Positions 1-13,500 of a DNA stretch of 64,000 nt are shown piece by piece. The stretch is taken from NCBI RefSeq assembly GCF_030684315.1, contig NC_081358.1, positions 72,167,817-72,231,816 on the forward strand. The letters are read 5' to 3'. The notes beneath the pieces were generated by a model. That model saw nothing but the letters and a program-made list of their open reading frames with translations. It made no database searches and was not told the origin of the DNA. This stretch comes from Stegostoma tigrinum (lineage: Eukaryota). The translations under genes were made by a program, and so were the position numbers. The stretch's first letter is position 1. Every line of letters starts with the position of its first letter.

Positions 1-169
1 TCTCAATGAGACTTTTCTTTTCCGGTAAGGCTAGATTAAAATAAACAAGCTTTCTTTTGCTAGGCTTTACTAAGTGAAACCACATTCTCCATTCATAGCT
101 GATTAGGAAACTCACATCTAGAAGTGCTTGCATCTCCTTCAGGTTCTAACAGAATGAAGCCAGGAATAC

Positions 170-545
170 TGAAGGCACGGCAATGTATTTCCAAGTCAGG
201 GTGTTGAGTGACTTTAAAGGGTATTTTGCAGATGGTGTTCCTATGTATCTGCAGTCCCTGTCTTTCTAGATGCTAGAGGTCATGAGTTTGAGTATCTACT
301 AAGCAGCCTTAGCAACACTACTGTTACTGAGTGGCGGTGGAGTGTGTAAACATTTGTGGACATTGTGCCAATCAAGTAGGCTGCTTTGTCCTGGACGCTG
401 TCAAACATGAGTGTTGTCAGAGCTTCACTCATCCAGTCAACAGTATTCCATCATGCTCCTGATTTGTGCCTTGTAGGTGGTAGACAGGTTTTGGGCTGTC
501 AGGAAGTGAGTTGCTGACTGCAGGATTCCAATTACAAACTTGTTC
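170..545 (-). mobile_element. Degenerate CR1/L2-group LINE 3' fragment
   Basis: Similar (reverse complement) to 17500-17830 and to 34530-34900. Confidence 0.55.
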
Positions 546-2610
546 TTGTAGCTACAGTATTTGTATGGCATGTCCAGTTCAGTTTTTCTTTCATGGCAAT
601 CTCAAGGACAGTGACAGATATCTCTGCTTGTTGAGTGTCAAACTTGAGGAATTTGCCTTTTATAGAGGACATGTTTATGATTATGTCAGATGATGTTCAA
701 AATGTGCCATAAGCAAGGAACTCAGCAGTTAAGCTTCTCTTCCTTCTGCTCTAAGTTCTCTATGCCCCCTCCCACTCCCAGTATTTATTTACCAGGCTCA
801 CTACTCCTCCAATAACAGGTCATTTCTCTCTCATGTTATTGCTAGAAGGCTCACCAGCAAGGGTCAAACACAGCCTGGGAGAACTCTAATCTGACAGGAT
901 GACAGTTCACAGTAGGATTCAACCCAGGAAAAACTGGTTTGGTTCTTTTAACAAGGGCTTTACTATCTACTGATTTCTGGTGACAGTGAACCAGCAGCCC
1001 TTTTGATTCCATTATATATGGCAAATAGATTTCCACTGTTGCAGACTGTTTCCATTTTTTGACATTGGCTGATCCAGTCCAAGCTTATCACCCTATCATT
1101 TGCATGAAAGTTTAGTTACTTCCAAGGTATATAGTGCTGAAACTGTTAGGTTCATATGATGCAAAAGGTAAGGCTTTGATTTAATGACAGGTTCATATGG
1201 GTCAGAAAATTTTGCACTTTATTTACTATTCTGCACATTAATCAAGGAATCTACCCACGTAATTCATACTAAGTAAAACTGAAAAAAATTTGAGAGAGAT
1301 AACAAATCTTCAAGCTATGAAAAGTGTCATTTGCCAAAATGCCCGGGTGAAGACTTAAGGCAAAACAGAGAACCCAAGGATAGAAGTTCCACAGCTTCCA
1401 TTTAAGTCCGAGAAATTGGGAACGATATGGTTGAAATACAGAAAAGTATAATGCTGTCAATATTCAGATGTGTTTATTCAGTTCTACCAGCATTTTTAAA
1501 AATTAAAATGGAACGTACTTCAAATTAGCTCATTGTTCTTTCCAAGATTGGATAGATCCTGCAAAATGCTTTTTGACACAGACCTTCCACAGTTTAAATT
1601 GCACAAAATTCTCCCGTTTGGCACCCTTTAGCCATGTCAGACAGGGACAACAAAAATAGGATAGATATCCCAATGAAAACAGAGGCGTATGGAGGAGAAA
1701 AGACTACTTCATTGTAACATATTGGTTAGGCTTACACTAACGATGCCAACTCAGGCTGGGTACAGCAAGCGAACAGTTCCTAAAGAGCCAACAATGAGGG
1801 GTGGTAAGAAGAAGAAATCCTCTACCTTGGTAGACTTTTAGTATCAGGTTTTCCCAATCAGAAAAATGAAAATAGAAAGTAAATCATTTTGTTTTATATC
1901 AAAAAGCCACCAAGGAACAAGTTAAGACATTTTGTTGCACAGATGTTTCAAATTGGAAATTGCATTTAATTAAAATATTAACTGAATAACTAAAGGAGCT
2001 TGAAAGTTCTTCAAAACAAGCCCTTTCTCCAGACAAAGAGGTAAAACAAATGAAGGCTTCCTGTATAATGGATTTATGGTGAACAGTCCGACTAGGAATT
2101 TACATTGATATATAACTGACAGCAACGAGAGACAACACCCTTTCAACTGCAATTTCCTAACCTCAATTGCTTTGCCCTATTTAGTTGCTGATCAATGTGG
2201 CAAAACAGTATTTTATCCAACTATTCTCATTTGTCTAACAATAATCAACGAGCAGCACTCAAATTTACACTGCGCTGACCAAGAAGAGTTCTGTTTTGCC
2301 CAGTTTAAACTGCACAAAATTGTCCGGCAAAACAGAATGGATGCTGCTACATCATTAACCTTCCAGACATTATAAATATCATCTTTACTCCAAAACTATT
2401 AATATTTTCAGCAATGCTGCAATCATTTACAAGCTATATGCCATTTGAGTATATTATTTTAGAAGAACTTAAGTATTGACAAACATACCCACCCGAACAA
2501 CCAAAGCTTGCCATTTAATTCTAAGACATTCGAAACATGCTAAACCATTTCCACACTAGTACAATCCAGATAAAGGCTATTTTATTAATTTACCAGACAG
2601 TACAATAACT

Positions 2611-2759
2611 CGAGATAGTAGGAACTGCAGATGCTGGAGAATCAGAGATAACAAGGTGTAGACCTAGACCAAAGGGCCTAGGCCTGAAATGTTAGCTTTC
2701 CTGCTCCTATGATGCTGGTTGGCCTGCTGTGTTCATCCAGCTTTACACCTTGTTATCTT
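2611..2759. mobile_element. Penelope-like fold-back mini-insertion
   Basis: Same family as the 22.3/29.1/31.3/35.6 kb copies; direct repeat AGTACAATAACT at 2599-2610 and 2760-2771. Confidence 0.75.
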
Positions 2760-2784
2760 AGTACAATAACTAGTATGTTTATAA

Positions 2785-3330
2785 TTCTTTAATACTGTGT
2801 TCAGTTCTGGTAGCCCAGTTTTTGGAAGGACATTATCAAACTGGAGGGGGTTTGGAAGGGATTTGGAAGGGATTTAACAGGATATTGCCAAGTTATAAAG
2901 AAAGAATGGGTGGGCTGGAATTTTTGCCCCACGGGAGTATGGGAGTTTGACAGGCGACCTGACAAGTTGATAAAATAATGAGAGGTGTAGATAGAGTTAA
3001 TAGTAGATGTCTTTTCCCTAGGACAGAGAACTTAAAGACCAGAAGACACATTTTTAAGGTGAAAGCAGGGAGTTTTAAAAAAGCCATGACGGGCATCATT
3101 TTTTTTTAAACAGAGGGTGCTTTGCGTGTGGAATGAACCTCATGAGGAAGTGGTGGATGCGGGTACAATTACAACATTTAGAAGACATTCGGATAGACAC
3201 ATGAATAGGAAAGGTTTGGAGGGATATGGGACAGGAGCAGGCAGGTGTGGCTAGTTTAATTTGGAATCATGTTCAGCATAGACTGGTTGGACAAAATGGT
3301 CTATTTCTGTGCTGTATGACTGTGACCCTA
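2785..3330 (+). mobile_element. CR1 LINE 3' fragment
   Basis: ORF2 C-terminal codons plus 3' UTR ending ctgtgctgtatgac; related to 48783-49192. Confidence 0.8.
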
Positions 3331-4179
3331 TTATCACATTTGCAAAAATACGCTAATTCCTTTTCTCATGGCATTCTCAAAATTGTTCTGTAGATCAGAG
3401 AATAAACAAGTTGGTGGAAATGTACAGAGTGAAAACATTATTTCTGTGCCTATCAAGGAAGTTCCCAAAATGGCAACTGAAGTTGAGAAATGTCATGAAA
3501 CAAGAGTTCAGCAGAATTTCAGCTGCTTTATTAATTGCAGTTTCTTGCACTTTAGCCACATAACAATATTCACTTTGAAAATAGCAGTCTTCGATTGACA
3601 TAGCATAGATTAAGAGTCATTTTAAAAAGCAGAACCTATGCTTCAGCTCTGACTGAGGACTCAACACACGGAGAAAATGTAAACCTACCTTGTGAAGTAT
3701 AATGATGTGCCAATTCTCTGTCAATTCTTTTAACTGAGAGGCTTTAAAAAACCCAGATCATGAACTTCATTGGAGGTAACATAACCAAAGCTCTCAAAAT
3801 CTCAGTTATTGGCATCTTTTAGCTGACTGCCACCTATTGGGCCTCTACTGATTTTATTTAACTCTGCCAACTTCTACTTCAAATATATCTTTTCTTTTGC
3901 CCAATGGTATAATTTCTGTATTTGATTTTCTCTTTGCTGTGCCTCACTGGTTTAAATTCTGAATTCACTAACCTCTTCCTTCAACACTTCAAGTCCACCA
4001 GCACTCATTTAGTTGAGAACACTCCAATTTATAAACTTACCCCCTAAGTCAGCCCAATGAACTCTACATGTCATCAAAAACACTAATTTGATATGTCAAT
4101 GTTTGTCTCAGAGCATATAGCCAATTGTCCTACTCAGCTATCCAGTACAATTATGGCTGAATGTTAGTCTCCACATGTC

Positions 4180-4510
4180 GTTGAGAGTCATACAGCATGG
4201 AAACAGGCCCTTCAGTCCTACTGATCCATGCTGACTATACCACCAAACCAAACTAGTCCCATGTGCCCATGCTTGGCCCATATCCCTCCAAATACTTATT
4301 CATGTAATTTCTAAATGTCTTTTAAGCATTCTAACTATACCTGCATCCACAATTTCCTCTGGAAGTTCATTCCACACACAAACCACTAAAATAAAAACTG
4401 CCCCTCATGTCTATAAATCTTTCTGCTGTCACTTAAAATTATGCCCCACAGTCTTGAAATCCCTCATCCTGGAGTAATGATACCTGCCATTCACATTATC
4501 TATACCACTC
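4180..4510 (-). mobile_element. CR1 LINE 3' fragment
   Basis: gagtcatacagcatggaaacaggcccttc terminus of the same family in reverse. Confidence 0.75.
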
Positions 4511-7165
4511 AATGTCAGCTCTCAGCTAAGTCTATTCACAGGGACTGATGGACCTCAACAACTGAATACCTTAAAAGTTGTCCACATTAAATGTATTCAA
4601 CAATGGAGCAACCACAATCTAAACAAAAGATTCCAAAAATACACAACCAGCTGACTGAAAATAGTTCACAGACCAGTCCTATGATTAATCACTTATACAG
4701 GAGGCTTAGGTTCTGCATTTTACTGTTTTAGATTCCGAAATCAGATGAAATTTCTCAGCATTCATCCTGTCAAGCCCCTTTAGAACTCATGTTTCGAAGA
4801 AATCACTTTCCATTCCTCTAAATTCAAGAGTATCGCCCAATTATTCAACATTATAGAAGCCTTCTTATCCCATGAACTAGCAAAGTGAACAAGCCTGGAC
4901 ATAGATATGTTGGTGTTAATTTTCCAGTAAGTAATCATGTAACTTCAGACTAAACAAGAATGCTGTGTAGTGCACAACTTTCATTCAATGACACAGCTAT
5001 GTTTTAAATTTATAAAATAGTATAGTGTGCATTAGTTTCGATGGCTATTTTGAGCTTTAATTTACTTTCAGTATTAAGAATTATTGCAGGGTCACACAGA
5101 CTTCTTGCAGGAAGGAAACTAATTTTCTGGAATTCTTAAATGTATCATTTGGGATGACAGCTAATCGCCAGGAGGTAACCACATATTCTAAGCAATGATA
5201 TTAACTGCTTTTTTGTGCCATCTTCATCTTAGCAAAGATCAATTGGATTGGTAAGCTATTAAGTGGAACAATCTAATAAAATAAGTGATGTGATAAAGAT
5301 TGAATGAGGAAAGGCAGGAAGTGATGTCACTAAGTTGACCATGACTTTAAGGAACAAATCTAGAAGTAGGTAGACTACTTCTCCAATCCGAGACTGACTA
5401 TGAATGATTTAAGTCCTCAAACCACCAATTAGAGTTCAGGTGTCTTTGATCAAGCAGAAACTTGACCAATTAGCAATGGTTAATAAGGCCTCAGTTTTAA
5501 TGGTTTGATGCACAAAGAGGAAACCCAAAGGCAGAAGAACTTCAGTCAAAGGAACAGAACAAGAGACTGGTACTTCGTCAACCACTGGCTCAAGCTGGCA
5601 TCCTGCAGTGGATAAATATTAAATATCATTGTTTTGATATACATTAAAGGTCCAAAACTTGCCAAAACATCTGGATCTGGAATGGGTCTTGCAACTAATC
5701 GAGACTGGAAAACTTTAGATCGGCTTCCTCAAACTAATTCTACATTATCGCTCATCCCGAAGCCCTCAGTTACGGTGTCCCTTCCTCTAAGCTAGAAGTC
5801 CTGGGCTCAAGTGCCACCCGCTCAAAGGGTGCGTAATAACTTCAGACATTTTCCAGTCAACAGTGCAATGATTACAATTCAAAATAGATTGAGTACAAAT
5901 AACAACTGTAATTTTAATACCTAAGTCGATTTAAAGTTAAAAGTTAAAGTTAAAGCACCTCCTCAAAAAAGGAAGCATGCAGAAAACAGGAAATTACAGA
6001 AACTGCTTGCCTGATGCTTGTTGTGGGGGAAGATGCTAGAATCATTGAGGTGGTTAGGGCTGAGCATTTAAAAGATAACTCAAAAGGTAATCAGGAAGAA
6101 TCAACACAGTTTTGAGAAAAAGAAATCATGTTCAATCATTTTTTTGGTATTTTTGAAGTACTAGTGTACTGTGCATAAGGGGAGCTGTGGACATATGGTG
6201 CATATGAAGGCATTAAACAAGTCACTCTACATAAAAGGTTATCATGCAAAATAGCAGATTGGTTAGCATGGACAAACAATTGGTCAGCTGACAGGAAACA
6301 TTTTATTTAAATAGCTCTTCCTCTCATTAGCATAATGCAGATCACAAAGATAGATTGCAAAGTAAGATCTAAAAAGGACAGGAGGTGGATGTAGACTGAT
6401 ATTGATAAGATGGGCAAATAGGTAAGAATCTGGCATGACCATAATGTGGGGGTGCAGAGAACAAAAAAAGCAGAGTATTACTTAAACAGAGAACAACTGT
6501 AGAATTTGGGGTGCAGATGAACCTCCATGTTCTTTGTAGATGTTATTTATATTAACTTCATTTGATGAAGTTCCTCTAAAGTTAGAAGGCAACTTCTAAC
6601 TTTAGAACAATTACTGACGTGGCTGTTAAATTGGTTGAGCTACAGGTGGCAGAAGGTTGGGATAATGGGTCAGTATTCAAATTGGTAGAACGTGACTAAT
6701 GATATCCCATAAGGACAGGGCCTTAGTTAATTTGTGTTATTTATTAACTACCTGTACAATGGCACACTAAGTCGTATGTCCAAATTTGTGATGACAGAGT
6801 TAGGCTGCTGTGTAGACAGCACAGTTTTTAAGCATAAAGTTACAACTGCACACTGATTGACTAAGTGAATGGGCAAAACCTGACAGATGGAGCTCATTGC
6901 AAGCATGAGGTTATCCATTTTGGACTTAAGAAAACAGGTCAGGGTACTTTCTAGATAGCACAAAGTTAAATACAGAAGTCCAAAGCAATTTGGGGTGAGC
7001 TGCATAGCTCTTTAAAATGTCACAATCAGGTACAGAAAATAAGGTGGCTAATGGAATGTTGGTCTTTACATCTAAGGGACTGAGGGATGCTGAAGTTATA
7101 CAAAACCCTGGTTTGATCCTACTTGGGAGTAGTGAGTGCAGATTTAGGTGCCACATCTTAGGAGA

Positions 7166-8680
7166 CGTACTGCATGGAAACAGACCCTTCAGTCCAACTC
7201 ATCCATACCAACCAAGTTTCCCAAACTAAACAAATCACTTCTGTGTTTGGCCCATATCCCTTTAAACTGTACAAGGTCATCCTTCAATCTCTTATGCTCC
7301 AGTGAAAAATGTCTAAGCCTCTCCAGCCTATCCTTATAATTCAAACCCTCTAATCTCAGCAACATCTGGTAAATCTTTTCTGAACTCTCTCCAGTTAAAT
7401 AATACCCTTCATACAGCAGGGCAACCAGAACTATATAAAATCTTCAATGGCAGTCCCTCTCACACGATGTAATGGAAAACTTCCATTCTCAGGGCAAGTC
7501 CATAGGTGACTGTACAGTCCAATGCTGCATCCACAGGCCCTGCCAGACTTGTGACAAAAGGTGGTCATGGGAAGGGGTGGGTGGGGCATTGTTGTGGGGG
7601 TGCAGCCTTAGTGTTTTCGACTGGTTTCTGCTTAGATGATTTTGGGCCAATGATTCCCAGATGCCAGTGGGAGTGCTGTACTTCATAAGTGAGGCCTTGA
7701 GGGTATCTCCGGAGTGTTTCCGGAGGTTTGCCTACCATTTTGGAGTTGGGAGCAAGATGGCTGCTTGGGAATTCTCACGTCGGTCATGAGGATAATGGGC
7801 CCAAAAGCATCACCCCAAGAGTGGTCAGTGCCTCGATGTTGGGCTGGTCAAGGACACTGGTGTTAATGGGTCTGTCTTCCAGAAGACTTGCAGGATCTGG
7901 CTCAGGCACCATTGGTGGTGTTGCTCCTGCACATTGTGACATGTGCTGTCTGCTGTAAACAGTCCATGTCTCAGGGACAGAGAGTGGGAACCACCACAGC
8001 TCTGTATACAATGAGCTAGGTGTTGGATCTGAAGTTGTTGTCCTCGAGCACCCTTTTCCACAGGCTAGCACACTGGAGGCAGTGCTGGGTCACTTTGTCA
8101 ATATCTGCTTTGGTCAACAGAATACTCAAGGTTTTACGAGTGTCCAGCCATGGGCCTTGATGTGTGGTTCACTCCGCAATGCCAGGCCAGGCAGTGGAGG
8201 ACCTTTGTCTTGTGTATGCTGTGTAGGGCGAGATCCATCTCTCATATGCCTCCATAAATGGTGCCGACGAGGGTCTGTAGTTCATCCCAAGTTTGCACAA
8301 ATGCAAGCATCATCTGTTACTGCACCTCAATGACAGCTGTTAGGGTGACTTTGGTTTGGGCTTGAAGGCGGAGGTTGAATAATAACATTACTTAAAAAGT
8401 GGCCTCACCAACGTCCTGGATAACATCAAAGTGACCTCCCAAAACCTGCAATCAAGTTTGAGCAATGAAGGTACGTGCACTAAACGCCTTTATAACCACC
8501 TTGTCTACCTGTGATGCAACTTTCAAAACACTATGTATCTGAACCTCTAGATCTTTGTTCAATAGCACTACCTAGAGCCCTACCATTAACTATACAAATC
8601 CTGCCCTTGTTTGTTTTACCAAAATACTATATCTCACATTCATCCAAATTCAACTCCATCTGCCAATTCTTAGCCCACTG
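7166..8680 (-). mobile_element. CR1 3' fragment, split by an RTE insertion
   Basis: ..ggcaaccagaact at about 7430 continues as ..aagtggcctcaccaacgtcctg at about 8397. Confidence 0.7.
7440..8385 (-). mobile_element. RTE-clade non-LTR retrotransposon 3' portion (decayed)
   Basis: Minus-strand peptides EDRPINTSVLDQPNIEAL, RIPKQ, IWESLAQN, and C-terminal CHKSGRACGCSIGLYSH; 3' end gagggactgccattgaaga. Confidence 0.7.
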
Positions 8681-9252
8681 GCCTTGGAGAGAGTACAACA
8701 TGGTTACAAGAATGTTAACTGGGCTTCAAGGGTTAAGTTTGAGATTATGGACAAATCTGGCCTTTGTTTCTAGAATTTAGAAATATTAAAGGGTTATTGG
8801 AACAAAGTTTTCAAGATATAAATGGGAAATGGCAAGTCAGAAGATGAAGTATTTCCACTATTTGAGGATTCTAGAACTAGGGTCAGGCTACTCAGGAGAG
8901 ACGTTAGGAAGCACTTCCATACACAAAGGATGCATAAACAGCAGTGGATATTGGATCAAATGTTAATTTTAAGTCTGAATTGGAGTAATTTTTGTTAGGC
9001 AAAGGTATTAAAAGATTTTGGCCAAAGGTAGATACATGGAAGTAAGCTGCAGATCAATTATCATCTCACTGAATGGTAAGTCCCAAGGGTTTGAATGGCC
9101 TAATCCTCTTCCTGTGGTCCAAATGCATGAGCCAAAAACTTTGGTATGCATGTACAGCAAAGTACGTAAGACTAATCAAATGCTATCCTTGTTTGAAGAG
9201 AAGAATGTTCTGTTTCAGTTATGTAGGGAACTGGTGATCTTGAATACTGAGC

Positions 9253-9482
9253 TAAACCAAAAACCTCACTGGAAATCTGAAACCAAAACAAATTGCTAGA
9301 GAAACTCAACAGGTCTGGCAGCATCTGGAGAGATGCAGAGTTAGAGGTTTGGGTCCAGTGACCCTTCGTCAGAATGGGACCTACATCACTAGATCACAAG
9401 TATGAATTCTGTTTTCTCTTCACAGATGCTGCCAGACCATTAGGTTCTCCTGCTGAGTCGTCTGAGCAATTTGTTTTTGTTC
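9253..9482. mobile_element. Penelope-like fold-back insertion (second family) within a CR1 remnant (9120-9990)
   Basis: Inverted arms (aggtctggcagcatctg / cagatgctgccagacc); degenerate hammerhead CTGACGA-AGGGTCACTGGACCC on minus. Confidence 0.65.
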
Positions 9483-11459
9483 GTGAAAGTTGAGAGTAGT
9501 TTTGGTATCATATTTAAAGAACAATGTAAATGCATCAGAAATAGCTCAGACATCGCTTACTAGATTGGGTCTTGGAATGAATGAGTTGTCTTACAAGGAA
9601 AGGTTGGGCAGATTGGACTGGTTTCAACTAAAGTTTAGAAGAGCAACGGCTGAATTGATTGAAGGCTACGAGATTCTGAACAGTCTTTTTGAGGTATGTT
9701 TCCTCTGATGAGTCAGAACTAGGAGGTATTTTTTAAAAATTAAGTCATCTGTCTTTTAGGACAGATGAGGGCACTTTTCTTCAAAGAAGTGTGGAAATGC
9801 AAAGCTCCCTTCTTCAGAAAGTGATGGAGTGAAGATCATTGAATATCTTTTGAGGCAGAGGTAGATTCTTGTAAGGCAAATGAATCAAAGATGATTGTGG
9901 ATAAATGGGAATGTGGAAGTTGAAACAAACAGATTAGCCATAACTTTGTAATAATGGTTGGGCTCAAGGGAGCTAAAATGATTCGAATTCATGTTTTCAC
10001 ACACAACCTTTTTAACCCAGGAATTAACCTAATCAATGATTTCTGAACTATGTTAAATGCAAGTATATTCCTACTTAAACAGGGACTCCAAATCCATATG
10101 CAATAGCCCATGAGAGATCTCATCAATGCCCTGTATTGATGGAGCAGGCTTTCACTTTCAGATTCCAGTTTCCTTTACAATGATGTCAAAAAACATTTGG
10201 GTGCTGCTTTTTTATTTTGTTTTTTTATTTTTCATCTGCCACTTTGTTACCTATTCAAACTATATTTTTGCAGCCGCTTTGTATTGGGTCAGTTTACGTT
10301 CCCACCTCTAAACTCTCCTGTCAACAACTTTAAATATATTACACTCAGATTCCATCTAAATCATTAACACAGATTGTAAGTAGTGAGTGCTTAGCACAGG
10401 CACATGCCATACCAGCAGTCAGTCTGTCAACTTGAAAAAACCCCGTTTATGCCAAAGCCATATTTCCTGCCCATTACCCAACCCTTCAACCATGCTAGTG
10501 TATGACCCCCAGCTCCATGAACCCTTATCTTGTATTTTTTTGTGCAAGTGATCTCTTTTCAAATACGCTGTTCGAAAGTCACTTTTGTTCCATGTCAATG
10601 GTTCCAATACATATTTTTCTCTGCCTTTTATCGAGTTTGTGATCCTGCACTCAAGTCAAAGTATACGTTATTTGCCAGTTCTATGCATTCTTTACTTAGA
10701 CAAAAGAGTGAATCATTTAGCAGAACGTTTGAAACTTGAACAGTTTGGTGGGCGATACAAATAGAAACGTTCGAATCTACTGAAGAGGTGCCGCTACAGA
10801 TATATCACAAAGGTATCATTTTCAAAAAAAGTCGAAATGAAATTTGACCGTTTCATACTGCTCAAAGCTGACCAGAGGTAAACCATTTGTTCCCAATCAT
10901 CTGTGAGAATCATGCGTATATCAATAAATCTCAAAATGCCCCATAACAACGAACAAAGAAAAGGAGAAACATTACGATTAAATGATAGTCAGTTATTCGC
11001 TCTCAATTCCCGAATCCTAAAAATCAAACACAGCAGCTCAAAATAAAATGCTGTCAAATACGTTCGGACTAAGAATAACTCAGCTAACTTCCTCTTTGCC
11101 ACAGCTGCATTTGGAAATTGCACATCGCTGTCACAGGAGTTTGTAAATAAAGTCTACCTCTAAGACACCTTATAGAAGAAAAACAAAAAGAATCTACAAC
11201 ACAAAACGAAAAGTCAACACGGAAAATATTTTCTTCAGATGTGGTTCGAAAGACACGAGTTAAAAGAGACTTTCATGTAAATAACACAAGGACATACAGG
11301 CTACTATATGAATCACAAACGCATTGAACAAGAAAACTACCCCTGCTCCCAAAGACACACATTTTAAAGGTCATATACAAAGTCTCTGCCACACCACCAG
11401 CCAAACAGGCAGAAATAAAAACCAACTGCCGTTCAGAGGGACTGGAAACAGCACAAACT

Positions 11460-11830
11460 GGAGGCCGCCCAGGTACGGTTCCTCGGGCCGGCCCAAACCC
11501 TCATAAAGTGAACACCCCCCGCCCCTCCAATCCCACCGGAGTGGGCCGCGGCTTTCCGGTCATAGCCCGGCCTAAGAGCCGGGGTGACCCAGGGCAGTAT
11601 CTAACCGCGCTCCTCGCCTTCCTCCCGGATCACTCGGACCTGGGGCCTCAGCCTCCCCTCTCCCCCCCCGGACACCCGCAGCTCACTCAGACCTCGGCAG
11701 CCTGTCATCTTGCTCCAAACGAAAGGAACCGGCGCCGACTCGGCCGCTCTCTCGTCACTTCCGGTCTGGTGTGGCACCACGTGCGCATGTGCGTCTGCTT
11801 TCCTGCTGCTTCGCTCACGGACAATGTGTA
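11460..11830. promoter_or_regulatory. CpG island / housekeeping promoter, probably of UBE2V2
   Basis: High GC/CpG; ETS CACTTCCGG near 11756; E-box CACGTG near 11778; NRF1-like TGCGCATGTGCG near 11782; position downstream of MCM4 fits vertebrate synteny. Confidence 0.75.
11693..11708 (-). CDS. UBE2V2: Putative first coding exon of ubiquitin-conjugating E2 variant 2 (MTGCR+G, phase 1)
   Basis: GGAGCAAG ATG ACA GGC TGC CGA G|gtctga (alternative donor A|gtgagc at 11687). A short phase-1 first exon as in UBE2V genes. Identity rests on synteny; no downstream UBE2V exon was seen in the window. Confidence 0.5.
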
Positions 11831-12679
11831 ATCTCCACACCTGTAGTGTTCATACTCACCTCCTCCTTCATAAAGTCGGCACAACTCCATCGTCAAGTAC
11901 TTTAGAATCTTTCTCATTCTCTTCAAAACTTATCATCTAACCCTCCTGGAGTCTCCAGTAATTGAAAATCAATCCTCAGAACACCGCTGTGCTCAAAATT
12001 GGAAAAAAATCATGAAGGGGAATTTTCATGTAATGTTATTTTCATGTAATATTTCCCTTCAGCAGATACATAGGATACTGAAATACGGAGAGGGAGAAAG
12101 ACTGAGGGGTGAGAGTCAAGCATTATCCAATTTCACAATGAGACTTGGCTTTTCAACTGGCATAACAAGACAGTACAACACAAGGATAGATGTATAGGCT
12201 AATTAATGAGACCATAAGATGCCAGAGCAGGATTGTCCATAGTGGCCCATCTGAACTGATGTGTGATTCAATGAAACTATTGTTGGTGATAATACTCAAC
12301 TCCACTTTCCTACTTTATCCCCATTAGCGTTGAGTTCCTTACTGATTAAACGTCTATCTCAGCCTTGAATGTAATTAATTGATCCTTCACAACTACCTTC
12401 TTTGGTAAACAATTGCACAGACAAGGAAAAACATACTCCACATCATCGTCACGATTCTACTTGCTGCAGATATATTTGTCTAGTACAACAATATCAGTAA
12501 GAGAGTTTATTATACTGTCTTTGTGACGAAGTCCGGACTTCATGTTAAGAATACCCTATAACCATTCGAAATAGAACTGAGTTTGAATGAATCTGTGAGG
12601 TATAGTTGGCCAGCAGCAGCAACAGAATCATTCTCCAACATAATCTGCAACTTGTCATATCTTCCCACCCCCCACTTAA

Positions 12680-13500
12680 GCATTCAAGTGAAGGGATCCA
12701 AAGAAGATTGCAGGAAAACATGCGAGGAGAACACCAGGCATACGTGAAAATGAGGTGTCAACCTGGTGAAGCCTCAAAACAGGACTACTTGTGGGTCAAA
12801 CAGCGTAAGTGGCAAGTGATAGATAAAGTTAGTGATTCCACAACACCAGATCAGATCTAAGCTTTACAGTGCTGTCACAGACAGTGGTCAGTGTTGGTAG
12901 ACAATTAACTCATTGGAGGAGGGTCCACGGATATCCCTGTTCACAATAATGGGAGAACCCGATTTGTCAGGCAAAAGACAAGGCTGAACCATTCACAAGA
13001 CTCTTCAGCCAGAAGTGGGTGATCTATGTCGGCCTCTTCCCTAGCATCACAGATATCAGGCTTTAGCCAATTTGATTTATTCCACTTAATATGAAGAAAC
13101 AGGTGGAGACTCAGGGAAACTTCAACTGATTTTGGCACTAACAACATTCTGGTGCTAGTACCAAAGACTTGTGCTCCAGAACTTAGAGCATCTCTGGACA
13201 AGCTGACCCAATAATGTGTAAAATTGCCCGGGTACATCCTATACACAAAAAGCATATCCGAGCTGGTTGATTACCTCCTCAACTCCACTCAATCATCAGG
13301 AAAGTGTCAGCAACAGTGGTATCACACAGAACCTGTTTAGCAATAACCTGCTCACTGGCTCCCATTTCAGGTTCCATTTGGGCCACTCAGCTCATTACAA
13401 CCTTAATTCATGCATGAACAAAAGAGACAAATTCCAGAGGGGAGGTGAAAATTACTGTCCTTGAGATTAAGGTCATATTTGACTGATGTGTTGTATAAAG
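12680..13500 (+). mobile_element. Degenerate CR1/L2-group LINE ORF2 fragment
   Basis: Decayed RT-proximal motifs (PKTCAPEL, VHPIHKK); related fragments at 26480-27250. Confidence 0.55.

Larger units (their letters stand above)
5990..9120 (+). mobile_element. Old degenerate CR1 ORF2 remnants, interrupted at about 7166-8677 by younger elements
   Basis: Decayed RT segments; sequence at 7150-7170 resumes at about 8677 (..ccacatcttaggagacgtac / tggccttggagagagtac..). Confidence 0.6.

Noticed and set aside
3690-3742. Minus-strand AG..AAG|gtaggt-bounded 53-nt segment (SQLKELTENWHIIILHK) as a possible exon
   Set aside because: No resemblance to UBE2V proteins; the length would break the frame between phase-1 exons; likely chance splice motifs.
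11324-11840. Overlapping ORFs in the CpG island
   Set aside because: Expected from GC-rich, stop-poor sequence; no recognisable protein.
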